NCBI RefSeq assembly: GCF_000189295.2
Contig: NC_016803.1
Span: forward strand, 810,001-842,000
Length of the DNA stretch: 32,000 bases
DNA from: Pseudodesulfovibrio mercurii
Lineage (GTDB): Bacteria > Desulfobacterota > Desulfovibrionia > Desulfovibrionales > Desulfovibrionaceae
Reading direction: 5' to 3'
Shown here: piece by piece, positions 16,392 to 25,522 of the stretch
How the letters are laid out: each line of letters opens with the position of its first letter
Numbering within the stretch: position 1 is the first letter of the stretch
Translations under genes and position numbers: made by a program
The notes under the pieces: generated by a model
Seen by the model: the letters and a program-made list of their open reading frames with translations, nothing else
The model's database searches: none
Told to the model about the DNA's origin: nothing

Positions 16392-17491
16392 TGGAGAACC
16401 TCCCGGCAATCGGGTCCGACGATCGCCGTGTCGAGATGCATGGGTTGAAAATCCTTGGTCCGGTCACGTTCGGGGATGGCGGCGTTGAGCCCGCAGATCT
16501 CGGAGGAGAATCCGTAGATGCCGAGCTCGGGGTTGCCGCCGACCACGCCGGGGCGGAGCTTCTTGCGGTCCTGCACCATGAACATGGCGCCGTCGGGCAG
16601 ACAGCCGATGACGCAGTTGGGGCCGTCGATGATCAGCTTGCGGCAGGCGCGCTTGAGGTCGGACAGGAACTCCCGGTCCGGATGGTCGCGCATCTCGTCG
16701 TCGTTCATGGGCGTGATGACGTGCTTGTAGGCGCTGATGTCCAGGCCGAGCCGCTTGGTGGCGTAGTGGGCGATGTGGGTGAAGACCTCGGAATCGGACT
16801 GGTAGCCCTGGTAGCCGGTCACCCCGCGCGACATGAGGTATTCGCGGATGGGCACGAAGGCCGTGTTCTCGCCATTGGTCATGGTCGAGATGCCCTCGAT
16901 GAAGAAGGGATGGCAGGCGTACAGGTTGATGGCGTAGTTGGTGTTCTGCCGCCCCTGGGCCAGGATGTGGCGGGCGTAGAGCTCCTCGCGGTCGAGCTTG
17001 AGGTACCCGGCGATGGCCAGGGGGTCGCCCACTTCCTTGATCATGATGGTGTCGGGCCAGAAGGAGAAGACCATGATGTCGCCCTTCTCCTCGCCCATGG
17101 CGCGGAGGTCCAGGCGCATCTGGACCAGGTTGGAGTCCACCTGGGCCTTGGTCATACCCTTCCATTCGTCCGGGATGCGGAAGGCGATGGAGGCGTATGT
17201 CCCCCGCCTGGGCGTCCCGACCGGGGGTTCGGCGTCCGGCTTGAAGGTCGCGGAATACTTGGACTGAAATCCGTTTTTCGTCATGTATTCGGACATCCGC
17301 GCCAGGCCGGCGTCGGTAAAGATGCCGGACAGGATGGGATATTCCTTAAGCTCCTCCCACGGTCCTCCCAGACCGCTGAGGAACAGTCCCACGCCGGAGC
17401 CGTCGTGCCCTTCCTTCATGACGTTGAGGGCATCGATGGCGCGCATGGGTGACACCGGGTCACGGCTTGTGAGCGCAAACAAACGGCACAT
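16355..17491 (-). CDS. Class II (Ntn) glutamine amidotransferase subunit of split glutamate synthase
   Basis: Starts MCRLFAL (Cys2 nucleophile). It lies upstream of the other two glutamate synthase parts, and its 3' end overlaps the next gene by 37 nt. Confidence 0.82.
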   Translation of the reverse strand: MCRLFALTSRDPVSPMRAIDALNVMKEGHDGSGVGLFLSGLGGPWEELKEYPILSGIFTDAGLARMSEYMTKNGFQSKYSATFKPDAEPPVGTPRRGTYASIAFRIPDEWKGMTKAQVDSNLVQMRLDLRAMGEEKGDIMVFSFWPDTIMIKEVGDPLAIAGYLKLDREELYARHILAQGRQNTNYAINLYACHPFFIEGISTMTNGENTAFVPIREYLMSRGVTGYQGYQSDSEVFTHIAHYATKRLGLDISAYKHVITPMNDDEMRDHPDREFLSDLKRACRKLIIDGPNCVIGCLPDGAMFMVQDRKKLRPGVVGGNPELGIYGFSSEICGLNAAIPERDRTKDFQPMHLDTAIVGPDCREVLQCSQKDPLRLQL

Positions 17492-17941
17492 GGTCTCGAT
17501 TCACTCCGCAGTTAAAGGTCCCCCGCCCCGCCGCGAACAATCGGCGGCACGCATGGCAGACACCGGACAAAATCCAATGATTCCAAAAAAACGCAGCATC
17601 AGCGGAAACTCGCCCGGCAGGGGCAAAAAAGCCTGCGGTACGACCGGCAGGGCGGTCACGGCAGGCTCTTCGGCTCAGGCGTTTCACAATAATGCAACTT
17701 CCAATGAGCTGTATCCCGTTGCATTGTATAAGGAGTCTATACAAATCCCGGAAGAAGAACGTAAAACAAAACCGGGGAACGTGCAACTGTAACATATTAA
17801 TAACCTTTGCCAAATTTGTAATTCACCGGCAAAGGACACTGCAAGAGTCCCCCTAGCCCCCACGAATGACAGGAGAATTAAATTCTCACCCCAATGCGGA
17901 CCAGGGACAAAACAGGCTACGAAATGGTGGATTCAGGGAGG

Positions 17942-18343
17942 TCAGGCGGCGAAAATATCACTTTTGATCGCCAAACGCGACGCCGCCGCCAAAAAATCGG
18001 CCGGGGAAACCCCATACTGACGGCAATACTTCTCGATTCGGGCCAGGAGATGAACGTGCATGACCATTTCGAACTCCTCGAAGTCGCTTCCATCCCCTTG
18101 GACCGAGATATTGATCGCTTTTCTGTCCTGGTTCTCGGGTTGGACGAGTAAAACCTTCTTTTTCGAGGGTTCCGGGAGGACTTCCCCCTGCTCAAGACGC
18201 TCTTCCACGTACATGGCCAGGGCTTCGTGGGCGTTGTCCACGGCCTCGTCCAGGTCCTCGCCGAAGCTGGTGCATTCCGGGAAATCCGGGAAGGTCACGG
18301 ACACGCCGTGCTTCTCCTCTTCGAACAGGGCTACGTATTGCAT
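17942..18343 (-). CDS. hicB: HicB-family type II antitoxin (no adjacent HicA)
   Basis: N-terminal MQYVALFEEEKHGVSVTFPDFPECTSFGEDLDEAVDNAHEALAMYVE is the HicB/UPF0150 fold signature. The C-terminal HLLARIEKYCRQYGVSPADFLAAA looks like an RHH DNA-binding tail. AAGGAGG lies 6 nt before the ATG. Confidence 0.8.
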   Translation of the reverse strand: MQYVALFEEEKHGVSVTFPDFPECTSFGEDLDEAVDNAHEALAMYVEERLEQGEVLPEPSKKKVLLVQPENQDRKAINISVQGDGSDFEEFEMVMHVHLLARIEKYCRQYGVSPADFLAAASRLAIKSDIFAA

Positions 18344-18382
18344 CCGCCGCCTCCTTGGGTGGTGTGATCCGGGTTGGAAAAT

Positions 18383-19606
18383 CTATTCGACGTTGTTCGG
18401 CAGGGAGGCCAGTACCCGCCTGCTCAGGAGCATGTAGACCTCGGCCCCCTCCTGGAGGTGCCCGGCCAGGGTCTCGGCGGCCTCGCCCGTGCCGCAGAAG
18501 AGGTCCATGCGCGTATTCTGGATGGCCCCGCCCGTGTCCTGGGCCAGGACCAGGGAAAAGAACGGATCGGCCTCGCCGGTGGCATAGTCCATGAGCGCGG
18601 TGCGCAGGGCCACCACGCTGCCCAGCGGAATCATGGACCGGTCCACGGCCACGCTGACGCGCGGGGTCAGGATGGCGTTGATCGAGCCGAACGGCCCCTC
18701 GTCCGCCAGCTGGAAAAAGACGTAGCTCGGGTTGCGGAAGAGGATGTCCTCGGCCACGTCCGGGTGCTCGTTCAGGAACTTGCGGATGCGCTGCATGCTC
18801 ATCTCCTCCTTGGGGACGTACCCCTCGTCGATGAGAATGCGGCCGATGGACACGTACTGGCGGCCGTTCTTGCCGCCGTAGAGGATGTGCCTGTAGGTCC
18901 CGTCGGCCAGGTCCAACCTGCCCGAGCCCTGGATCTGGAGAAAGAAGACGTCCACCGGGTCCGCGGCCCAGGCGATCTCGTCGCCCTTGCCCGCCAGGGC
19001 GCCCTGCCCGTCGATGTCCGAGCGGCCGAAGTACGGTTTGATGGCGTCGCCCTCCACGCGGTAGACGAGCCGCTGCCCGGCCCAGCGCGGGTGGAAGGCC
19101 CCCAGGTCCGCCACCTTGAGGTCGCCGGGCACGCCGTAGAGCGGGTATTTGTAAGTCGCGTCCGGGGTGAGCGAGGCCTTGAGCCACGGTTCGTAGTAGC
19201 CGGTCAGCAGGGTGCCGGGGGCGAGCCGGAACCAGGCGAACCGCTCGGCCAGCAGGGAGGGATCCGCGTCCAGCTGGTCCAGCAGGCCGTCCAGCTCGCT
19301 CACGGAGTCGTAGAGCTGCCCCCAGGTCAGGAGCAGGCCGGGGCGGCGCACGCAGACCTCGTCCCGGGGCCGGGAGCGGATGTAGCGCAGGTTGTCCTCG
19401 ATGCCGGGGCGCAGGTCCTTCCAGGAGCACAAGTTCTGCGGCTTGAGGGACAGGGCCGAGGCCAGCCCCATGGCCGCGGCCTGGTCCACGGGCACGTAGG
19501 CCGGGGTTGCGGGCTCGGGCTGCGGGGCCGGGGGTTCGGACACGCACCCGGCGGCCGCGAACAGGACGAGCAGAAACAGACAGAAAAGAGCGTTGCGCGG
19601 GATCAT
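18383..19606 (-). CDS. mltA: Membrane-bound lytic murein transglycosylase A (lipoprotein)
   Basis: Lipoprotein signal MIPRNALFCLFLLVLFAAAGC. MltA motifs TGYYEP, VFFLQIQGSGRL and AQDTGGAI..R.DLFCG. The ATG at 19606 overlaps the upstream stop (TGATG). The longer 494-aa ORF start is rejected. Confidence 0.9.
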   Translation of the reverse strand: MIPRNALFCLFLLVLFAAAGCVSEPPAPQPEPATPAYVPVDQAAAMGLASALSLKPQNLCSWKDLRPGIEDNLRYIRSRPRDEVCVRRPGLLLTWGQLYDSVSELDGLLDQLDADPSLLAERFAWFRLAPGTLLTGYYEPWLKASLTPDATYKYPLYGVPGDLKVADLGAFHPRWAGQRLVYRVEGDAIKPYFGRSDIDGQGALAGKGDEIAWAADPVDVFFLQIQGSGRLDLADGTYRHILYGGKNGRQYVSIGRILIDEGYVPKEEMSMQRIRKFLNEHPDVAEDILFRNPSYVFFQLADEGPFGSINAILTPRVSVAVDRSMIPLGSVVALRTALMDYATGEADPFFSLVLAQDTGGAIQNTRMDLFCGTGEAAETLAGHLQEGAEVYMLLSRRVLASLPNNVE

Positions 19607-20712
19607 CAGGCCGCCTCTTCGTGATCGTCCAGGTCGTCGGCGTATTCCTCGAGGTAGAGCTGGAGCATGACCATGACGAAACTCAGGATCAGCGGGCCGT
19701 AGAAGATGCCCAGCATGCCGAAGGAATAGATGCCGCCGAGGATGGCGATGAAGATGTAGAAGGTCGAGACGCGCGAGGCCTCGCGCATGAAGATGGGCCG
19801 CAGGATGGTGTCGATGCCGACCACGAAGATGCCGCACCACAGGGCCAGGAATATGGCCATCTTCCACTGCCCGGACAGGAACAGGTAGCCCACGGCGGGC
19901 ACCCAGACCAGGCCGGTGCCGAGCACAGGAATGAGCGAGGACAGGGCCATCATTCCGCCCCAGAAGAAGGCCGGGATGCCGGCCACGGCCAGCCCCACGC
20001 CCCCGGCGAAGCCCTGGAGCACGGCCACCAGCAGGCAGCCCATGAGCACGCCCCTGGCCACCCGCTTCAGGCTGTCGATGATGTAGTCCTCCTGCTTGGG
20101 CTTAAGCGGCGAGAGGCGCTTGATGTAGGCGACCATCTTGGTGCCGTCGCGCATGAAGTAGAAGAGGATGAAGACCATGAGCAGGAAGTGCATGACCAGC
20201 TTGGCCCCGTCCCGGGCCAGGGAGGTGCCGAAGGACAGCATATTCTGGGCGAACTCCCTGGAATACTGGAGGATGCCCGCCTGAATCTGGACCTCGTCAA
20301 TGCGCAGGAACGGCAGCTGTTCATGGACCAGGGCCGCGTACTTGTCGAGCATCTCCAGGCTGAGGAAGGACTTGTAGGTTCCCTGGGCGATCCAGGCGTT
20401 CAGGGCGACCAGGGACTCCACGCCCTGGCTGATCAGGGCCATGAACAGGAAGGCCATGGGCAGGACAAGGGCGAAGACGATGATGCCCACGGTCAGGGCC
20501 GAGGCCCAGGTCCGGCGGCCCTTGCACAGCTTCAGGGCCCAGTTGAACACCGGCGTGAACAGGACGGCCAGCACGGTGGAAAAGATCATGGTGTGCATGA
20601 AGGGCTCCACCAGCGAGAATCCCAGGTACAGGGAAAACAGCAGGAGGATGATCAGGAACACCTTGTAGATGCCCCCGCTGATCAGGGGGGTCTGTCCGTT
20701 CGATTCGCTCAT
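19606..20712 (-). CDS. AI-2E family (PerM/UPF0118) transporter
   Basis: 368-aa polytopic membrane protein whose layout and sequence are typical of PF01594-type proteins, as judged by recognition. Confidence 0.75.
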   Translation of the reverse strand: MSESNGQTPLISGGIYKVFLIILLLFSLYLGFSLVEPFMHTMIFSTVLAVLFTPVFNWALKLCKGRRTWASALTVGIIVFALVLPMAFLFMALISQGVESLVALNAWIAQGTYKSFLSLEMLDKYAALVHEQLPFLRIDEVQIQAGILQYSREFAQNMLSFGTSLARDGAKLVMHFLLMVFILFYFMRDGTKMVAYIKRLSPLKPKQEDYIIDSLKRVARGVLMGCLLVAVLQGFAGGVGLAVAGIPAFFWGGMMALSSLIPVLGTGLVWVPAVGYLFLSGQWKMAIFLALWCGIFVVGIDTILRPIFMREASRVSTFYIFIAILGGIYSFGMLGIFYGPLILSFVMVMLQLYLEEYADDLDDHEEAA

Positions 20713-20752
20713 ACTCGCTCAAGCTCCGTGGAAGGGGTCGGCAGGGCCGGTA

Positions 20753-22315
20753 TCATTCCTTCTTCAGGGTTGATTGTATGATTGCGGCGACGGTGTCAAC
20801 GTCAACCGGCTTGGGAACATATTCGTTCATGCCCGCGTGGAGGCAGCGCTCCTCGTCGCCCCACATGGCCCGCGCGGTCAGGGCCACGATGGGCACCTGC
20901 GGGTCCAGACAGCCGGTCTCCGGGTTGCGGATGCGCCGGGTGGCCTCGATGCCGTCCAGCCCCGGCATCTCCACGTCCATGAGCACGATGTCGAAGTGGG
21001 CCGCCTGGAGAATCTCCACGGCCCTGAGGCCGTCCTCGGCCGCATCGACCGCGCAGCCCATCTTCTCCAGCAGGCGGACCAGGTAGCGCCGGTTGACCAT
21101 GTCGTCCTCGGCCACCAGGACCCTGACCCCGGCCAGGGGCGAATCCCCGCCCAGGGCCGAGGCGGACGGAGAGGACGCCTCGAAGGGGCTGCGCTCCAGG
21201 GGCACGGTGACCACGAAGACGCTCCCCCTGCCCTCCTCGCTCGAGCAGCGCAGGGAGCCGCCCAGAAACTCGGCCAGCCGGTTGGCGATGGCCAGTCCCA
21301 GGCCCAGGCCGCCCGTGGTGTGGTGCAACGGGTCCGTGCCCTGCCGGAAGCTCTCGAAAATCTCGTCCAGCTTATCGCGCGGGATGCCCGCGCCCGTGTC
21401 CCGGACCAGAATCTGCACGGTCGGGCCGCCGTCGGTCTCGGCCTCCCCGCCCTCCGGCGCGGGCGAGACGTCCACCAGGACCTGGCCCGAGGCGGTGAAC
21501 CCGACCGCGTTGGCGACGAGGTTCCCGATCACCTGGCGGAGCTTGGCGGGATCGCCGCGCACCCAGGCCGGGATGTCCGGGGAGATGGTGTATTCCAGGC
21601 GAATCCCCTTGATCTCGGCCGACCGCCGATGCTGCGAGAGGACCCCGGTGATCAGGTCCTCGAGGCGGAAGTCCATCTTGCGCGCGGTCAGGGAGCTGGT
21701 CTCGAGCCTGGAGTAGTCGATGATCTGGTTGAGCACCGACAGGAGCGCCATGGAGGACTCCTTGATGAGCCGGACGTTCTCTCGGTAGGGATCGCCCAGG
21801 TCGGACATGAGCAGCAGCTCGGTCATGCCGAGCACGCCGGTCATGGGCGTGCGCAGCTCATGGCTGACCGTGGCCAGGAACGAGGCCTTGGCCCGGCTGG
21901 CGGCCTCGGCGGACGCCTTGGCCTTGCGCAGCTCCCGCTCCATCTGGTGCTTGTACAGCCCGACCTCGATGGCCGAACGCAGCTCGTAGTGGTCCACGGG
22001 CTTGACCAGGTAACCGAAGGGGCCGGTCACCTTGGCCCAGTGCAGGGTCTCCTCGTCCACCACCACGGTCAGGTATATGACGGGAATGTCGAAACGGGTG
22101 CGCATCTCGCCCGCGGCCTCGAGCCCGTCCATGCCGCCCTCGAGCAAAATGTCCATGAGCACGATGTCCGGGGCCAGCCGGTCGGCCAGGGCCAGGGCCT
22201 CCTCCCCGCTGCCGGTCATGCCGATCACGTCGTATCCGGCCCTCTCCAGGGCCAGTCTGATGTCCAATTGCGCCAGGGCGTCGTCTTCAACGACCAATAT
22301 CTTGGTTGTGGGCAT
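20753..22315 (-). CDS. Hybrid sensor histidine kinase: REC - HisKA - HATPase_c - REC, no TM or recognisable sensor domain
   Basis: The ATG at 22315 (GGAG 7 nt upstream) gives MPTTKILVVEDD. H-box SHELRTPMTGVLG, G-boxes (DTGAGIP, GGLGLGLAI) and a second receiver VLVAEDD...VLMDVEMPGLDG. Confidence 0.9.
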   Translation of the reverse strand: MPTTKILVVEDDALAQLDIRLALERAGYDVIGMTGSGEEALALADRLAPDIVLMDILLEGGMDGLEAAGEMRTRFDIPVIYLTVVVDEETLHWAKVTGPFGYLVKPVDHYELRSAIEVGLYKHQMERELRKAKASAEAASRAKASFLATVSHELRTPMTGVLGMTELLLMSDLGDPYRENVRLIKESSMALLSVLNQIIDYSRLETSSLTARKMDFRLEDLITGVLSQHRRSAEIKGIRLEYTISPDIPAWVRGDPAKLRQVIGNLVANAVGFTASGQVLVDVSPAPEGGEAETDGGPTVQILVRDTGAGIPRDKLDEIFESFRQGTDPLHHTTGGLGLGLAIANRLAEFLGGSLRCSSEEGRGSVFVVTVPLERSPFEASSPSASALGGDSPLAGVRVLVAEDDMVNRRYLVRLLEKMGCAVDAAEDGLRAVEILQAAHFDIVLMDVEMPGLDGIEATRRIRNPETGCLDPQVPIVALTARAMWGDEERCLHAGMNEYVPKPVDVDTVAAIIQSTLKKE

Positions 22316-22523
22316 GCTTTTCTCCGTAGATGGCCCGCCTCGGGTCCTTTTTGTCCCTGTTCGATACCTACCATTCTCCATAACACAGAAAAATGATAAA
22401 TAAATTTTTACGGGCACCTTCTTTCAGCTTTTTTCGGCACCCCCGAACGGTCGCCAGCCGGACGGGTTTTTTCCCTGCGAAATGACGATGCTTATTCGGA
22501 CTTTTTTCAAAACGGCCGCACAA

Positions 22524-22544
22524 GATTCTGTTTTAAACAGAATC
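22524..22544. promoter_or_regulatory. Perfect 21-bp palindrome, candidate operator in a divergent promoter region
   Basis: GATTCTGTTT-T-AAACAGAATC has 10-bp perfect arms. It sits in the low-GC 417-bp region between the hybrid kinase and the amino-acid binding protein gene. Confidence 0.4.
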
Positions 22545-22732
22545 CGGGCAATCACCGGCAAAGGAGAACTCCCTTGAAATTTCCAGGCATTGAGGATATG
22601 GAATACTGTCGTTCTGTGAACAAAAACGTTCAAAACGAATCCGACGGAGAGGAACCCAAGCCCGAATGCCGTGTACCCGGACGGATCAGGGCCGTGGATA
22701 CCAACCAACCTAATGTTTCATTGGAGGAAAGG

Positions 22733-23557
22733 ATGAAACGCATCATTACTCTTGTGGCCGTACTGTCCCTGCTGATGTGCGCCGCCATGTCCGCTCAGGC
22801 TGCCGACATCGAACTCGCCAAAAAATCCACCCTGGAGCAGATCGTCCAGAGCGGCACCCTGCGCGTGGGCCTCGAGGCCGGCTACATGCCCTTCGAGATG
22901 ACCGACAAGAAGGGCAACGTCGTCGGCTTCGACGTCGACATGGTCAAGGAAATGGCCAAGGCCATGGGCGTCAAGCTCGAACTGGTCAACACCGCCTGGG
23001 ACGGCATCATCCCCGGCCTGCTCTCCGGCAAGTACGACATCATCGCTTCCGGCATGACCATCAACCAGGAGCGCAACCTGAAGGTCAACTTCGCCAACCC
23101 CTACATCATCGTCGGCCAGACCGCGCTGATCGCCAAGAAGTCCGCCGACAAGATCAAGTCCTGGAAGGACCTGAACCAGGCGGGCGTGGTCATCACCTCC
23201 AAGCTGGGCACCACCGGCGAACAGGCCGCCAAGCGCCTCTTCCCCAAGGCCACCTACAAGTCCTTCGAGATGGAGGACCAGGCCATGCTGGAGACCATGA
23301 ACGGCAAGGCCGACGCCACCGTCTACGACCTGCCCATGACCTCCATCTTCTACACCCAGCACGGCAAGGACGCGGGCATGGTCTTCCTGGACGAGCCCTT
23401 CACCTACGAGCCGCTGGGCTGGGCCATCAACAAGGGTGACCCGGACTTCCTGAACTGGCTGAACAACTTCATCGTCCAGATCAAGAACGACGGCCGGTAC
23501 GAGCGGATCTACAACAAGTGGTTCGGCTCCAACGACTGGTACAACAACATCCAGTAG
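22733..23557 (+). CDS. Polar amino-acid ABC transporter substrate-binding protein
   Basis: GGAGGAAAGG precedes the ATG at 22733. Signal peptide MKRIITLVAVLSLLMCAAMSAQA. PBP family 3 motifs (LRVGLEAGYMPFE, GFDVDM, WDGIIPGLLSGKYDIIASGM). Confidence 0.9.
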   Translation: MKRIITLVAVLSLLMCAAMSAQAADIELAKKSTLEQIVQSGTLRVGLEAGYMPFEMTDKKGNVVGFDVDMVKEMAKAMGVKLELVNTAWDGIIPGLLSGKYDIIASGMTINQERNLKVNFANPYIIVGQTALIAKKSADKIKSWKDLNQAGVVITSKLGTTGEQAAKRLFPKATYKSFEMEDQAMLETMNGKADATVYDLPMTSIFYTQHGKDAGMVFLDEPFTYEPLGWAINKGDPDFLNWLNNFIVQIKNDGRYERIYNKWFGSNDWYNNIQ

Positions 23558-23572
23558 CCTTCCGACGATTGT

Positions 23573-23606
23573 CCGGGGGCCGCTCAAAGCGGCCCCCGGT
23601 TTTTTT
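23573..23606 (+). terminator. Rho-independent terminator between the binding-protein and permease genes
   Basis: CCGGGGGCCGC-TCAAA-GCGGCCCCCGG is followed by TTTTTTT. It is probably a partial intra-operon terminator giving an excess of binding protein. Confidence 0.85.
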
Positions 23607-23632
23607 CGCGCACCTATCCCATCGAGCTTACA

Positions 23633-24643
23633 ATGAATGAAACCGCGACGGTCGAACCCAAAAAGGAATTCGACAGGAACACCATCTGGACCGCGGCATA
23701 CGTGGTCGCGCTCATCGCCGTGTGCCTGGGCTTCTACTGGGCCACCACGCAGACCGACTACATCTGGCGCTGGAACCGTATCCCCAAATATTTCTACTAT
23801 GTGGACACCATCAACGTGAACACCGAGATGGAGGGCGAAGTGACCTCCATCACCAAGAAGGGCAAGGACTCGGTGGTCATCGTCTCCGACGGCACGGACT
23901 CTGAATACTACACGGTTCCGGGCTCCAACCTGAACGTGAGCCAGGGCGAAACCGTGTTCATGGGCGACACCATCGGCTCGTACACAGAGGGCAAGATGGG
24001 GCTGTTGCTGGAAGGCACGCTCATCACCATCGAAGTCAGCATCATCTCGATCTTCTTCGGCATCCTCATCGGCCTGTTCACCGGGCTGTCGAGGATATCG
24101 AGCAACCCGTTCCTGAAGATGTCGGCCATCACCTACATCGAACTGATCCGGGGCACCCCGCTGCTGGTCCAGATCATGATCTGGTACTTCGTGCTCGGCA
24201 CCATCCTGAACAACCTGCTGATCAAGGCGGGCCTGTTCCAGATCCCGGAGCTGTGGTTCGGCGTGGCCTCCCTGGCCATCTTCGCCGGGGCCTACGTGGC
24301 CGAGATCGTCCGCGCCGGCATCCAGTCCATCCACAAGGGACAGATGGAGGCGGCCCGGTCGCTGGGCATGACCAAGGTCACGGCCATGCGCAAGATCATC
24401 CTGCCCCAGGCCTTCAAGCGCATCCTGCCGCCCCTGGCGGGCCAGTTCATCAGCCTGATCAAGGACTCCTCGCTGCTCGGCGTCATGGCCATCCGCGAGC
24501 TGACCAAGGCCACCCGCGAGGCGGTCACCACCAGCCTGATGCCCTACGAACTGTGGTTCGTGTGCGGCGTCCTGTACCTGGTCATCACCTTCACCCTGTC
24601 CATGTTCGTCCAGTATCTCGAAAAGCGGACAGCGGAGGCTTAA
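23633..24643 (+). CDS. Polar amino-acid ABC transporter permease (HisM/GlnP type) with about 115-aa N-terminal extension
   Basis: The C-terminal 220 aa is a standard 3-TM-region permease with EAA loop GQMEAARSLGMTKVTAMRKIILPQAFKR. The N-terminus adds one TM helix and a beta-rich segment. Confidence 0.88.
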   Translation: MNETATVEPKKEFDRNTIWTAAYVVALIAVCLGFYWATTQTDYIWRWNRIPKYFYYVDTINVNTEMEGEVTSITKKGKDSVVIVSDGTDSEYYTVPGSNLNVSQGETVFMGDTIGSYTEGKMGLLLEGTLITIEVSIISIFFGILIGLFTGLSRISSNPFLKMSAITYIELIRGTPLLVQIMIWYFVLGTILNNLLIKAGLFQIPELWFGVASLAIFAGAYVAEIVRAGIQSIHKGQMEAARSLGMTKVTAMRKIILPQAFKRILPPLAGQFISLIKDSSLLGVMAIRELTKATREAVTTSLMPYELWFVCGVLYLVITFTLSMFVQYLEKRTAEA

Positions 24644-24646
24644 GTC

Positions 24647-25378
<732 letters not shown>

Positions 25379-25404
25379 CCGCCCGACGATCCAACCATTA
25401 AAAA

Positions 25405-25435
25405 GGCCTGCGCACCCAGTGCGCAGGCCTTTTTT
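25405..25435. terminator. Bidirectional rho-independent terminator between convergent genes
   Basis: GGCCTGCGCAC-CCA-GTGCGCAGGCC is flanked by AAAA upstream and TTTTTT downstream. Confidence 0.85.
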
Positions 25436-25522
25436 GATCCGATGGATTTGCGATGCCGTCCGGCCCCGAGCGCCCGCGGACCGAAGTCCCCGGCCTAAGC
25501 GGCGGAACGGCGTCCCGCCGGG

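Noticed and set aside
17460-17813. 117-aa minus-strand ORF downstream of hicB as a possible HicA or other toxin
   Set aside because: It has no resemblance to HicA (no dsRBD-like K/H-rich core), it overlaps the amidotransferase start, and its sequence is Cys/Arg/Phe-rich noise.
17492-17941. Sigma54 (TGGCAC-N5-TTGC) promoter for the glutamate synthase operon, and likewise at 22316-22732
   Set aside because: Scanning both strands by eye gave only partial matches with wrong GG-GC spacing (for example GGGCACCTTCTTTCAGC at about 22403). Nothing is good enough to call.
22424-22708. 94-aa minus-strand ORF in the kinase/transporter intergenic region
   Set aside because: It has no SD and no recognisable domain, and it spans promoter-like AT-rich DNA including the 21-bp palindrome. 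It is more likely non-coding regulatory sequence.
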